A DNA stretch of 64,000 nt from Octopus sinensis (taxonomy: Eukaryota). Both the position numbers and the translations under genes were made by a program. Below are positions 25,603-39,534 of this stretch, in pieces. The stretch is taken from NCBI RefSeq assembly GCF_006345805.1, contig NC_043019.1, positions 11,469,360-11,533,359 on the forward strand, read 5' to 3'. The stretch's first letter is position 1. Every line of letters begins with the position of its first letter. The notes below the pieces were generated by a model. That model was not told the DNA's origin, ran no database searches, and saw only the letters and a program-made list of their open reading frames with translations.

Positions 25603-26632
25603 TAGTTACTATATTTCATACATTTGACACAGTCCAAGGCATAGAAATAAATAATAAATAACATATGATGGATGATGTGACAGAAGGAATGTAACCCAGA
25701 ACAGACAGTATAAGAAATACTACATTACATATTTGCATAACCCTCTAGCATTTAAACTGGCCAAATCCAACCCAGATATCCTACATGTTTTATGTTCAAA
25801 CAGGACATATCTGATCTCTCACATCTACCCTACAATGTCATTCTGAAAAATCAAACACTCACATCATCGAAATCTGAAAGCTACAAGATAATGTGTAATT
25901 AATTTAAAACAATGTGAATTAAAAAAAAGTATTACATTTGATAAAGTAATTTCAGTGCTGTAAGGTTAATCACTCATTGAGGAGAGTAGTGTAGTGCAAG
26001 CATGCTTACAAGAACTTTCTTGACAACCTAATATATATACATACATACATACATACATACATGGTGGCTGCCCCCTCGTTATCGAGTATGGCCATTGCAC
26101 AAAGCTTAATCAATGTTGTTATCATGCAATGCCTGTGCAAGATTTTTTTTAAAGTGAGGAAAGGGTGTGCACTGAGTCAATCCCACTCACTAAGCAACAG
26201 CAGCCATAATCCAAAAAGAAGAACAAGTCAACATCATCGGTAACCACTGAGCCGCAGGTTTTATGTCGGAGTTATCCCAGTTACCCGAGTTACCTCCTCC
26301 TAGAAGGATGCCCTAACAAAGGCTAGGAGTCCTTCACTCCCAGTGGTTTAACCGTGCGATCGGGTATTCAGTCCGATTATTTCTATATCTCCGCGCATGA
26401 TACAGCCTTAAGACATTTATTGGATGGCCGTTGACTCTCAAGAGTTCCTCCGCCCTTTGACGGGTTTTGTTTTTCATCCCACAGGGTGTCCAATAAACAC
26501 CCTCCTCACCAAGCAAGCTTGGTGGGGTTGCCGGTTTAGTCTCCGATGACCCGACCATGCAACAGGTTGTACTGGGTTACATGTTACCAGTAGCACTCGA
26601 AAGTGACCTAACATACATACATACATACATAC

Positions 26633-26698
<66 letters not shown>

Positions 26699-26841
26699 AT
26701 GAATATATACATACCTTCAGAAGTAAGTACAAATTACGTTCATGATGGAAATTTATAAAGGGTCAACAACTGACCAGGATGCACCAAAATCCAATTAGTG
26801 TTGTGAGCTGAGGTAACTGTTCACTTTGTACGATTTCACAA

Positions 26842-26885
<44 letters not shown>

Positions 26886-26895
26886 CACCACCACC

Positions 26896-26939
<44 letters not shown>

Positions 26940-28689
26940 ACCAGTCATCACTATCACTACTACTGCCAGCACACCACCACCACCACCACCACCTTCATCC
27001 GACCACCTTGTTTCCCATCACATTAACTGTAGTGACATGTTAATTTAACTGAGATAATTAAGTTTTTTTTGTTTCTTTTTTTTTTTCGTTCCATACAGTT
27101 TGTGTGTGACTTTACATTTATTTTGCTCTCTTTTGTAAAAGGTCAACAAATATAATTTTGTGATGTGTTCATGCTGTTGTTGTTTAATCTCAGGTCAATC
27201 CCGACCAAAGCACATCTATGTTCTGTGACCATAATCTTTGACCTTACAGTTATTAGTTTTGTTATGTATATTGAACCAATCCTATGACTAGCACCTGGCA
27301 GATGCCAGGGCCCTGGGATGGAGGTACGTAAAAAGCACTATCCGAATTGTGGCCGATGCCAGCGCCGCCTCGACTGGCTTCCGTGTCGGTGGCACATAAA
27401 AAGCACCATCCGAATCGTAGCCGAAGCCAGTGCCGCCTCGACTGGCTTCCATAAAATGCACCATCCGAATTGTGGCCGATGCCAGCGCCGCCTCGACTGG
27501 CTTCCGTGTCGGTGGCACGTAAAAAGCACCATCCGAATCGTAGCCGAAGCCAGTGCCGCCTCGACTGGCTTCCATAAAATGCACCAATCCGACCGTGGCC
27601 GATGCCAGCCTCGCCTGGCACCAGTGCAGGTGGCACGTAAAAAGCACCCACTACACTCACGGAGTGGTTGGCGTTAGGAAGGGCATCCAGCTGTAGAAAC
27701 TTTGCCAGATAAGACCGGAGCCTGGTGCAGCCTTCTGGCTTCCCAGATCCCCCGGTCAAACCGTCCAACCCATGCTAGCATGGAGAACGGACGTTAAACG
27801 ATGATGATGATGATGATGTATGTATGTGTGGTTGTTGTGTGATCTTTGTAAACAAACGGCTCATTCATACAAGCGTTGTTTGTTTCCAGTTCTTTACGTC
27901 AACAGGTCTGGATTATCCATGTTTGATAGACTGGGAGATTATTACCATATTTAATGGGCATATAAGGGGTACATTTCTACAGCTGAGTAAACTGGAGCAA
28001 CGTGAAATAAAGTGTCTTGCTCAAGAACACAACACGCAGCCAGGTCCGGGATTTGAACTCACAACCCCATGGTCATAAGTTTGATGCTCTAACCACTGAG
28101 CCATGTGACTTCACTTGAGCAAGACATTTTATTTCACGTTGCTCCTGTTCACTGAGCTGTAGAAATGAGTTGCGATGTCACTGGTGCCAAGCTGTATCGG
28201 CCCCTTTGCTTTTCCCTTGGATAACATCAGTGACATGGAGTGGGGAGGCTGGTATGCATGGGCGACTCTCTTTACTCTCTTTTACTTGTTTCAGTCATTT
28301 GACTGCGGCCATGCTGGAGCACCGCCTTTAATCGAGCAACTCGAACCCGGGACTTATTCTTTTGTAAGCCCAGTACTTATTCTATCGGTCTCTTTTGCCA
28401 AACCGCTAAGTAACGGGGACATAAACACACCAGCATCAGTTGTCAAGCAATGCTAGTGGGACAAACACAGACACATATATATATATATATATATACACAC
28501 ACATACGACGGGCTTCTTTCAGTTTCCGTCTACCAAATCCACTCACAAGGCTTTGGTCGGCCTGAGGCTATAGTAGAAGACACTTGCCCAAGGTGCCACG
28601 CAGTGGGACTGAACCCGGAACCATGTGGTTGGTAAACAAGCTACTTACCACACAGCCACTCCTGCTGGTCTTCTATAAACAACCTTGTG

Positions 28690-28830
28690 ATCACTAGAGA
28701 TGGCAATGATATGCTTCCATTCATCTTCCCACACAGCCTCAAACTCAACATGGAGACCAACATCAAATACCTGGAAGAGGAAGTGTTGCCTTGGGTCAAG
28801 AGGGCGGTTGCTGGAAGACCCTACATCTGA
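28690..28830 (+). mobile_element. Tc1/mariner-superfamily DDE transposase remnant
   Basis: GNDMLPFIFPHSLKLNMETNIKYLEEEVLPWVKRAVAGRPYI, typical of the segment before the QQDxAP motif. Confidence 0.6.
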
Positions 28831-29262
28831 GCATGGCTTAGTCACGTGGCTTAGTGTTTAGGGTGTTGGGTTCATGATCGTAAGATTGTGGTTTCGATTC
28901 CTGGACCAGGTGACATGTTGCGTTCTTAAGCAAAACACTTGATTTCTCGTTGCTCCGGTCCACTCACCTGGCAAAAATTAGTTACCCTGCGACAGACCCG
29001 AGTCCCATCCAGGTAAGATTTTATACACCATGGAAATGGAAACTATGAAACTGGTCCTTATGAGTCAGCATGACTCAAAAGAGTAACATTTACCTGTATT
29101 TTAAATTTAAACTGAAAATTGAACACAATAGAACAATGTATTTCACCTGACGCTCCACCGATCCTTCCTCTCGTTCTCACCCTCTCTACCCTCTTCTTTC
29201 TCCATCCACCCTAATGAAAAAAAAAACAAAAAAAAAACAAACAGAATTTCATATAAACTTAC

Positions 29263-29443
29263 CAGTTGTATATCCAGTTCTACCATTTGCTTTTAATGAT
29301 GATGATGATGATGTTGGGGATATTGAGGATGACGAGTATAATGATGGTAATGATGATGATGATGATGATGTTTTTGCTTTTATTGTTGTTGTTGTTGTTG
29401 TTGTGGTCTGTTGCTCTGCGAATGTTGCTTCAAAAGTATGTTG
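29263..29443 (-). CDS. Membrane protein gene exon (Ser/Thr-rich stalk)
   Basis: (t)n gcag|CAA...ACTG|GTAAGT; QHTFEATFAEQQTTTTTTTTIKAKTSSSSSS...GRTGYTT; 181 nt, phase 0 to 1. Confidence 0.88.
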
Positions 29444-29793
29444 CTGCAAAAAAAAAAAAATACAAAAGTTAAATGTCTATTCTTTTATTTGTTTCGGTCA
29501 TTTGACTACAGCCATGCTGGAGCACCACCCTCCAAAAGGATTTTAGTTGAAGAAATCGACCCCTTATTCTATAGGTCTCTGTTGCCAGACTGTTAAGTTA
29601 CGGGGATGTAAACACACCAACATTGGTTGTCAAGCAATGGTGGGGGAGGGGGAAACACAGACACAAAGACAGGTATGTTTTGATTATCTCACCCCCATTA
29701 AAACATTGGGTTATCTCCCCTATCTAAAAAAATTACTCAACTCTCAATAAAAAAGATATATATATATATATAGAGAGAGGGGGAGAAAGAGAA

Positions 29794-29874
<81 letters not shown>

Positions 29875-30257
29875 AAGAGAGAGGGAGAGAGAGAAAGAAA
29901 GAGAAAGAGAGAGAGAAAGAGAGGAGAATGAGAGAGAGAAAGGGAGAGGGAGAGAGAGAGAGAAAGAGAGAGAGAGAAAGAGAGAGGGAGAAAGAGAGGA
30001 GAGAGAGAAGAGGAGGGAGAGAGAAAGAGAAAGAGAGAAAGAGAAAGAATGAGAGAGAGAGAGAAAGAGAGAGGGAGAGAGAGAGAGAGAAAGAGAGAGA
30101 GAGAAAGAGAGAGGGAGAAAGAGAAAGAGAGAGGGAGAGAGAGAAAGAGAAAGAGAGAGAGAGGGAGAGAGAGAGAGAAAGAGAGAGAGAGAAAGAGAAA
30201 GAGAGAGGGAGAGAGAGAGAAAGAGAGAAAGAGAGAGGGAGAGAGAGAGAGAAAGAA

Positions 30258-30307
<50 letters not shown>

Positions 30308-30332
30308 TAATTGGTTATGAATCAATAATTAC

Positions 30333-30509
30333 CTTATTTTCCAAATCTGTTAAAGTGATTTGGAAACCTTTGTACTTGAGTCTGTCAATAATATTCTTGT
30401 AAGCTTCGTCCAGTCCAGTTTCCTCAATTGGTTCTTTAGTTTGGTCTTTCACCGGTGCTTTGTCCAGCAGCATCGCCGTGATGTATATGCCATCTTCGAG
30501 AAAGTCAAT
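30333..30509 (-). CDS. Membrane protein gene exon (membrane-proximal domain)
   Basis: gtatttctctag|ATT...AAG|GTAATT; IDFLEDGIYITAMLLDKAP...KGFQITLTDLENK; 177 nt, phase 0-0. Confidence 0.9.
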
Positions 30510-31312
30510 CTAGAGAAATACAAAGACATTATTAAAGAATAGGGGATCAGCTGTACGTGAAAGGGACTGTTACTGTTTAGCCCCAGATCAGTTCTGATCA
30601 AGCAGACCTATGATCAAGGGTGATCTAACAGTGATTGTCCCATGTGATTCGAGAGAGATTTGGCTGCTATTTCTAGCAGGGCATTGGCTCTTACTTTTGT
30701 TGATTACTTATTTACTCTTCTACTTGTTTCAGTCACCTGACTGAGAGCACGGCTGGGGCTGGCGTGCTCCCTTGTAGGGTTTACCTTGAGCAAATTGACC
30801 CCAGCACTTATTTGAAACTTGGCATTTATTCTATTGCTCTGGTTTGTCAAACTGCGATGTTATAAAAACATAAACAATAGGCGCAGGAGTGGCTGTGTGG
30901 TAAGTAGCTTGCTAACCAACCACATGGTTCCGGGTTCAGTCCCACTGCGTGGCACCTTGGGCGAGTGTCTTCTGCTATAGCCCCGGGCCGACCAATGCCT
31001 TGTGAGTGGATTTGGTAGACGGAAACTGAAAGAAGCCTGTCGTATATATGTATATATATATATATGTATGTGTGTGTTTGTGTGTCTGTGTTTGTCCCCC
31101 TAGCATTGCTTGACAACCGATGCTGGTGTGTTTATGTCTCCGTCACTTAGCGGTTCGGCAAAAGAGACCGATAGAATAAGTACTGGGCTTACAAAAGAAT
31201 AAGTCCCGGGGTTGATTTGCTCGATTAAAGGCGGTGCTCCAGCATGACCGCAGTCAAAATGACTGAAACAAGTAAAAGAGTAAACCAGCATCGGTTGTCA
31301 AGTAATGGGGGA

Positions 31313-31353
<41 letters not shown>

Positions 31354-31916
31354 TTTTTTTTTTAATTTTACCTGAAATACCAGAATCAGTTTCTCAGGTA
31401 GAGAAAGATTTCTTCTTTCACTCCCTAAATTAACTACTATTGAACAGTACTTTCTTACTGAGTACTTTTCCTGTACCCTTATACTGAGTACTTATTATTG
31501 ACAGACAGACAGACAGATAGATAGGTGGATGGATGGATGGATGGATGGATATACATACACTTAGACATGTAAGTGTGTTTATGCATGTCTTTATACTTTA
31601 TTTGTCTCATAAACTTCAGGAAACATTTTTTCACGCTGAGAGTTGTTGAAGCATGGAACAAACTGCCGGCATCGGTTGTTAGTTGTCGGAGCACTGCATC
31701 CTTCAAAACTTCCATGCTTCCTGAGATTCGCCATCACTACACTTGATTTTCTCCCCTCCATACACACACAAGCATGTGTCTGACTCATGCATTGTTCGCT
31801 TTCCAGACATTTCTACATTACTGCATGTACTTTATATGCACTTTCTGACAAGTTGTGGTGCACCTGAGCACTGTATACAATAATTTCATTGTTATTATTA
31901 TTATAACTCTGTATGC

Positions 31917-31953
<37 letters not shown>

Positions 31954-32504
31954 GTGTCAAGCAAGGTGTCATCTTTGCTCCAACTCTCTTTCCTCTCTGT
32001 ATCTTGCTGTTTCTCTCATTCATGCTTTCCCTGTGGATTGCTCTTCTGAGATATATATGAGGTATCGATCTTCTGGTTGTCTCTTCAACTTCAACTTGTG
32101 GTAATTTGCTGCCAATTCAAAAATAGGAAAGCAATGCTTGTTATCGCCACTAATGGAGGAATCAGTTAAAGGAAGGAGTGAATATTTTGAGAAATGTCCT
32201 TATACCATTGAGCAGTTTGCTGCTCTAGCAACGATCACGCTCGGATGGTGCTCTTAGCGCTCCACTGGCACAGATGCCAGTCATCGAATTTGATTTTGAT
32301 TTCGATTTCACTTGCCTCAACAGGTCTTCGCAAGCAGAGTTTTGTGTCCAAAGAAGGAAAAGGTATGCATAAGTGGGCTGGTTACACCACAGGTGTAGGC
32401 CACAAGGTTATGGTCTCATTTGGCTTGCCGAGTCTTCTCAAGCACAGCATATTTCCAAAGGTCCCAGTCACTAGTCATTGCCTTGGTGAGGCCTAATGTT
32501 CAAA

Positions 32505-32730
32505 GGCGGCAAACTGGCAGAAACGTTAGCACACCGGGCGAAATATGTAGCCGTATTTCGTCTGCCGTTACGTTCTGAGTTCAAATTCCGCCGAGGTCGA
32601 CTTTGCCTTTCATCCTTTCGGGGTCGATAAATTAAGTACCAGTTACGCACTGGGGTCGATGTAATCGACTTAATCCGTTTGTCTGTCCTTGTTTGTCCCC
32701 TCTGTGTTTAGCCCCTTGTGGGTAGTAAAG
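32505..32730 (+). mobile_element. tRNA-derived SINE, family B (representative copy)
   Basis: ggcggc(g)agctggcagaaacgttagc...gagttcaaattcc...gtagtaaagaa. Other copies at about 14725-15175, 16220-16620, 23020-23235, 33885-34255, 41020-41165 and 51078-51410. Confidence 0.8.
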
Positions 32731-33104
32731 AAGTATAATGTTCAAAGGACATGCTTCACCACCTCATCCCAGGTCTTCCTGGGTCTACTTCATCCACAGG
32801 TTCCCTCAACCACAAGGGTGTGGCACTTTTATACGTATCAATTGGAAGAAATAGCAAGATTTCTTTCCGTAATGTTTTACATAGGAATTTTGGAAGAAGT
32901 ATTTATAAAACTAGGTTTTAGACATTGAATAGCTATGAGGGTTCACCAGAATAAAATAGTAATCAAAGGGATCTATTGGTAAAAAAAATGGTTGTGAACC
33001 ACTGATCTAGTTGATATTTTTTGATTTTCTAAAATACTTCAATTTTTGGATGAGATTTTGTGTTTACATATCCTTTGAAGCAAACTGTCAAATTTATAAT
33101 GAAC

Positions 33105-33487
33105 ACCAAGTGGAAGCACTCCATCGGTTATGACGACGAGGGTTCCGGTTGATCCGATCAACGGAACAGCCTGCTCGTGAAATTAACGTGTAAGTGGCTG
33201 AGCACTCCACAGACACGTGTACCCTTAACGTAGTTCTCGGGGATATTCAGCGTGGCACAGAGAGTGACAAGGCCGGCCCTTTGAAATACAGGTACAACAG
33301 AAACAGGAAGTAAGAGTGAGAGAAAGTTGTGGTGAAAGAGTACAGCAGGGATCACCACTATCCCTGCCGGAGCCTCGTGGAGCTTTAGGTGTTTTCGCTC
33401 AATAAACAATCACAAACGCCCGGTCTGGGAATCGAAACCGCGATCCTACGACCGCGAGTCCGCTGCCCTAACCACTGGGCCATTGCA
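33105..33487 (-). mobile_element. Young tRNA-derived SINE, third family
   Basis: The minus strand starts gcaatggcccagtggttagggcagcggactcgcggtcgtaggatcgcggtttcgattccc (A and B boxes), with CpGs intact. A related copy lies at about 2000-2278. Confidence 0.75.
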
Positions 33488-34991
33488 CCTACACGAACAC
33501 CAAGTATGTGTTGGGGGATGTATGTATTTACCAAGTTCTGTGTGCATGTGTTTGTACAGAATGGGAGGTGGACAACATCGTAGCGTAGCTGTCATTGTCC
33601 TGTAACAATGTGAGAAAGATAACAAGTTTAAAGGTCAACCGACTTTGATGTTAGGTTAGCAGGAAAAGTCAATCACACACACACACATGTAACTATACAC
33701 ACAGATTGTCATTAAGACATGTATGCATATATATATATATAACATAGATATGCATATACACATACAAAGACACATTGGCAAATATACACAGATAGACACT
33801 AATGCACATTGACACACATTGACACAAAGATTAACACCCATGCATACATATTATTATTAATATATATATGTGTGTGTGTGTGGAAGGCAGAAACGTTAGC
33901 TCTCTGGGTGAAATGCGTAGCCGTATTTCGTCTGCTGTTATGTTCTGAGTTCAAATTCCGCCGAGGTTGACTTTGCCTTTCATCCTTTCAGGGTCGATAA
34001 GTTAAGTACCAGTTACACACTGGGTCGATGTAATCGACTTAATCCGTTTGTCTGTCCTTGTTTGTCCCCTCTATGTTTAGCCCCTTGTGGGTAATAAAGA
34101 AACAAATATATATATGTGTGTGGAAGGCGGCGAGCTGGCAGAAACGTTAGCATGTTAGCAGTATTTCATCAGTCTTTATGTTCTGAGTTCAAATTCCACC
34201 GAGGTCGACTTTGGCTTTCATCCTTTCGGGGTCAATAAATTAAGTACCAGTTGCAAAAGAGACCGATAGAATAAGTACTGGGCTTACAAAAGAATAAGTC
34301 CCAGGGTGGATTTGCTCGACTAAAGGCGGTGCTCCAGCATGGCCGCAGTCAAATGACTGAAACAAGTAAAAGAGTAAAAGAGATATATATACACATACAC
34401 ACAGACACATTATTAATAATTATTTGAGCCTAATTAATTGCTTTGTTTCCACCACATTTAGTCTCCTACCACTATTGTTGTTGGTTGTTGTTGTTATTTC
34501 CTAGCTTAGGTAGTAAATAATCTTGATAGTGTTATTGTTCTTAAAACCTTTCTCTTTCTTCTCCAACCCTTTTCCCTTTCCCTAGTCTGGCAGTAAACAG
34601 ATTAAACTTTTCATTGTTCCGCCACCCCTTTCAGATTATTCTTTTATTCATTCTTTTTTAAGTACTTTTTTTTGTTTGTTTGTTTGTTTGTTTATTTTGT
34701 TTCTGTTTCTGTTTTTATTCTTTACTCTTTCCTTCCTTCCTTTTCCAAAACCAGGAACTGTTCCTTGACAGCTTTACAACAGGAATTCTCCAAGAAACTG
34801 GCAGCATGATCATTTGGTATGGTTTATTGAGCAAGCTGTGTGTGTATGTATGTGTGTGTGTGTGTATGTGTATGTGCATACATACATGTCTCCCTTCCCC
34901 TGTGTGAGTGTGTGTATACATACATATATATATATATATACATACATACATACATACACACGCCACCACTTTGTACATATATATATATGTA

Positions 34992-35069
<78 letters not shown>

Positions 35070-35122
35070 AAGATGGTTTCTATACTTTACATTATCGAGC
35101 GATATATATATATATATATATC

Positions 35123-35156
<34 letters not shown>

Positions 35157-35941
35157 CATGTGTTAACATATATATATATCTATATATATATATATATACA
35201 CATATATATATACATACATATACATACACACACACTTTGTATATACATATATATGTGTGTGTGTGTGTGTGTGTATGTAAGTATGTATGTGTGTGTGTAT
35301 GTGTGTGTGTATGTATGTATTTATGTATGTATGTATGTATGTATGTATGTAGAATACACGTACAGTCTCCATAGTTCCCTTCCAAACACTATGAAAAACA
35401 ATTGATTTAGATAACCCAGAGAGAGAGAGAGTGAAAAGGAAGAGATGGTGAACAAGTCGTGTTTAGAGAGGGAGAAAGGGCAGAAGATTGTGTTTGATGG
35501 TCTTGTTCCTGACAGTTGTGTGTTTTTAAAGAGAGTTTTAATTCTATCAATGTGTTCTTGATTTCCAAATAGCACTGACTAAAAATAATAACAAACTCTG
35601 GTTAAATGTGAAAGAGAAGGTTTAAGTAGATTTTCCTCTTTCTGCCTGCCTGCCTATCTGTCTGTCTGTCAGTTTATATATCCATCTGTTGGTCTATCTA
35701 TCTATCTATCTGTCTGCCTGAACAAAATGAACAAAAATCAACATATGCAATTCAAGAAAGCCCGCTTTTTACATAGATGTGTAAAGGGTGAACAATTCTA
35801 TATGCTACGCTGGATACATTGGTTGTTCGTCTGGTATGTTGATTCTTGTTCATTTTTATGTGTCTTGAATTGTGCTTGCACTGAAGATTAAAAAGTGCAT
35901 TTGTTGTGCACTAATTATGAAATCATATGATATGCAGCTGA

Positions 35942-35980
<39 letters not shown>

Positions 35981-36197
35981 GAAGGAAGGAAATAAGGAAA
36001 AAAGAAAGAAAGGAAGGAAGGAAGAAAGGAAGAAAGAAAGAAAGGAAGAAAGAAAGGAAGAAAGAAAGGGAGGAAAGAAGAAAGAAAGGAAGAAAGGAAG
36101 AAAGAAAGAAAGAAAGAAAGAATGAAAGAAAGAAAACAGATTAAAAACAAAAACAAAAAAATCTGTCTCAGCGGTTTTTTGATATGTGGATTCTTAC

Positions 36198-36307
36198 CTG
36201 AATATCTGAAATTCGAAGAGCTGATACACCAGAATATCCCTGGATGGAGACAATTAAAGCATGTTTGAATTGCTTTTGATTAACGCTGATGAGATCCGAG
36301 AGAGAGC
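36198..36307 (-). CDS. Membrane protein gene exon (membrane-proximal domain)
   Basis: ttctctttatctag|GC...CAG|GTAAGA; (S)SLSDLISVNQKQFKHALIVSIQGYSGVSALRISDIQ; 110 nt, phase 1 to 0. Confidence 0.9.
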
Positions 36308-36362
36308 CTAGATAAAGAGAATAGTTTTAGAGAGAGATTGGTTAATGAGAGAAAGACTGATT

Positions 36363-36398
<36 letters not shown>

Positions 36399-37784
36399 AC
36401 TTAAAAAGCGGCATAGAGAGAGAGAGGTAGGTAAAGATAAAGAATCAAAATAGATCAACATCAATGGAAATCGTAACTGTGATACCAGTGCCGGTGGCAC
36501 ATAAGAGAACCGTCCGAATGTGGTCATTGCTAGCGCCACCCCGACTGCCTCTGTGCCAGTGGAATGTAAAAAGCACCATCCGATCGTGGCCGTTTGCCAG
36601 CCTCGCCTGGCCTCCATGCTGGTGGCACGTAAAAAGCACCATCCGATCGTGGCCGTTTGCCAGCCTCGCCTGGCCTCCATGCTGGTGGCACGTAAAAAGC
36701 ACCATCCGATCGTGGCCGTTTGCCAGACTTGTCTGGCACCTGTGCAGGTGGCACGTAAAAAGCACCATCCAATTGTGGCCGTTTGCCAGCCTCGCCTGGC
36801 ACGTAAAAAGTACCCACTACACTCATGGAGTGGTTGGCGTTAGGAAGGGCATCCAGTTGTAGAAACATTGCCAGATCAGACTGGGCCTGGTGCAGCCTTC
36901 TGACTTCCCAGACCCCCAGTTGAACCGTCCAACCCATGCCAGCATGGAAAGCGGATGCTAAATGATGATGATGATGATGATGAATGAAGAGGAAGAGAAA
37001 GAATCAGCATAGAAAGAGATATAGAGGAAAAAAGAAAATGAGAAAGACTTGTGAGTGATTGATTGATGATTGATTGATGATAGGTAGATAGATAGATGGA
37101 TGGATGTTGCATGTTCACTCATGGAAATAATACAATAAACAAACTTTTAAAATAACAGTGAAACTTTATTCCTCCGTTTAATAGTATACTCTTTTTTACT
37201 CTTTTACTTGTTTCAGTCATTTGACTGCGGCCATGCTGGAGCACCACCTTTAATCGAGCAACTCGACCCCGGGACTTATTCTTTTGCAAGCCCAGTACTT
37301 ATTCTATCGGTCTCTTTTGCCGAACCGCTAAGTAACGGGGACATAAACACATCAGCATCAGTTGTCAAGCAATGCTAGGGGGACAAACACACACACACAT
37401 ACATATATATATACATACATATATACGACAGGCTTCTTTCAGTTTCCGTCTACCAAATCCACTCACAAGGCATGGGTCGGCCTGGGGCTATAGCAGAAGA
37501 CACTAGCCCAAGATGCCACGCAGTGGGACTGAACCCGGAACCATGTGGTTGGTTAGCAAGCTACCTACCACACAGCCACTCCTGCGCCTATAGTGGACCA
37601 TTATCTTAATTTTGCTCTGGTGAATGACAGCAGGAAAATAACATGACTTGCCTTCATAAAATTGCTCACCCTTCTGCTCATAGAAGATTTGATACACCAA
37701 TTTATAGGAGGGTACGCTCCAGAGCACATTCAGATGAGATTTCTGAGAATGTATTATGTGCAACGTAACTAAATTTTCATTACT

Positions 37785-39058
37785 CAACCAGTTGGATCTT
37801 CTATATTTGATCAATTGGATCTTTGATACTCAACCAATTGGATCTTTGATACTGAACCAAGTGGATTTTTGATACTCAAGTCATTGGATCTTTGATACTC
37901 AAGTAATTGGATCTTTGATACTCGACCAATTGGATCTTTGATACTGAACCAATTGGATCTTTGATACTCAACCAATTGAATCTTTGATACTCAACCAATT
38001 GGATCTTTGATACTCAACCAATTGGATCTTTGATACTCAAATAATTGGATCTTTGATACTCAACCAATTGGATCTTTGATACTGAACCAATTGGATCTTT
38101 GATACTCAAATAATTGGATCTTTGATACTCAACCAATTGGATCTTTGATACTCAACCAATTGGATCTTTGATACTGAACCAAGTGGATTTTTGATACTCA
38201 AGTCATTGGATCTTTGATACTCAAGTAATTGGATCTTTGATACTCAACCAATTGGATCTTTGATACTCAACCAATTGGATCTTTGATACTCAACCAATTG
38301 GATCTTTGATACTCAAATAATTGGATCTTTGATACTCAGCCAATTGGATCTTTGATACTCAACCAATTGGATCTTTGATACTCAACCAATTGAATCTTTG
38401 ATACTCAACCAATTGGATCTTTGATACTGAACCAAGTGGATTTTTGATACTCAAGTCATTGGATCTTTGATACTCAAGTAATTGGATCATTGATACTCAA
38501 CCAATTGGATCTTTGATACTGAACCAATTGGATCTTTGATACTCAACCAATTGAATCTTTGATACTCAACCAATTGGATCTTTGATACTCAACCAATTGG
38601 ATCTTTGATACTCAACCAATTGGATCTTTGATACTCAACCAAGTGGATTTTTGATACTCAAGTCATTGGATCTTTGATACTCAAGTCATTGGATCTTTGA
38701 TACTCAAGTAATTGGATCTTTGATACTCAATCAATTAGATCTTTGATACTCAACCAATTGGATCTTTGATACTCGACCAATTGGATCTTTGATACTCGAC
38801 CAATTGGATCTTTGATACTCAACCAAATGGATCTTTGATACTCAACCAAATGGATCTTTGATACTCAACCAAATGGATCTTTGATACTCAACCAAATGGA
38901 TCTTTGATACTCAACCAGTTGGATCTTTGATGCTCAACCAAGTGGATTTTTGATACTCAAGTCACTGGATCTTTGATACTCAAGTAATTGGGCCTTCAAT
39001 ACTCACCCAATTGGATCTTTGATACTCAACCACTTGGATCTTTGATACTCAACCAATA
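37785..39058. repeat. 23-bp minisatellite, about 55 copies
   Basis: Unit caattggatctttgatactcaac, with recurring variant blocks. Confidence 0.95.
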
Positions 39059-39410
39059 GAAGCACAGGATTCAACCAATGTTCCAAACTCACATGATAGA
39101 TAAGATGACCAATCATTACAGATTAGCACACTGAGCCTATAAAAGGCTGATCATCTTCAATATGCCATAACAGGTATTGGTCCTGCTAGAGTCTCATTCC
39201 AACCTGGTTCTTGGTTCCTAGATCTTGAGATCCTTCAGCGATGTTCCTTATTTAATAAGCATTTGGGTCAAATCTTGTTGTTTGAGTATAACTATCTCCC
39301 TCCCTTCCCATCACCAGTCTTCTGGAGGCCCCTGAAAAATAATCAGTCATAGATGCTGCTATTCCATCCCTTCCAAGACTAAATGGTAAAGAGAGATAAT
39401 TCACACTTAC

Positions 39411-39534
39411 TTGGTACCTTAAAGGAAATCTGCTTCTGCTTAGTTCCTGGGAAACATGTGGCTATGTTGAACTCCCAAACATCGGGCTCCTTTTCTTCAT
39501 ATCCGTACACATTGTATGTTATGTGTACACTTTG
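39411..39534 (-). CDS. Membrane protein gene exon (repeat 2, end)
   Basis: ttatttattcag|CAA...CCAA|GTAAGT; QSVHITYNVYGYEEKEPDVWEFNIATCFPGTKQKQISFKVP; 124 nt, phase 0 to 1. Confidence 0.9.

Noticed and set aside
29744-30402. Long RE/SL dipeptide ORFs (also the YI, IYLS, HTYI, poly-V, poly-M and poly-S ORFs elsewhere)
   Set aside because: Translations of microsatellites; no splice or homology support.
33105-33487. Functional tRNA gene
   Set aside because: A and B boxes are present, but there is no closing acceptor stem and it runs into a SINE body.
34760-34822. Plus-strand exon-like segment ELFLDSFTTGILQETGSMII
   Set aside because: Splice-like signals only; no partner exons or recognisable homology.
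37650-37740. Extra exon KSHLNVLWSVPSY...
   Set aside because: Weak acceptor; phase 0 start does not fit the flanking phase-1 junction, which already joins cleanly.
37785-39058. CRISPR-like array
   Set aside because: Contiguous 23-bp units with no unique spacers, no cas genes, and a eukaryotic context.
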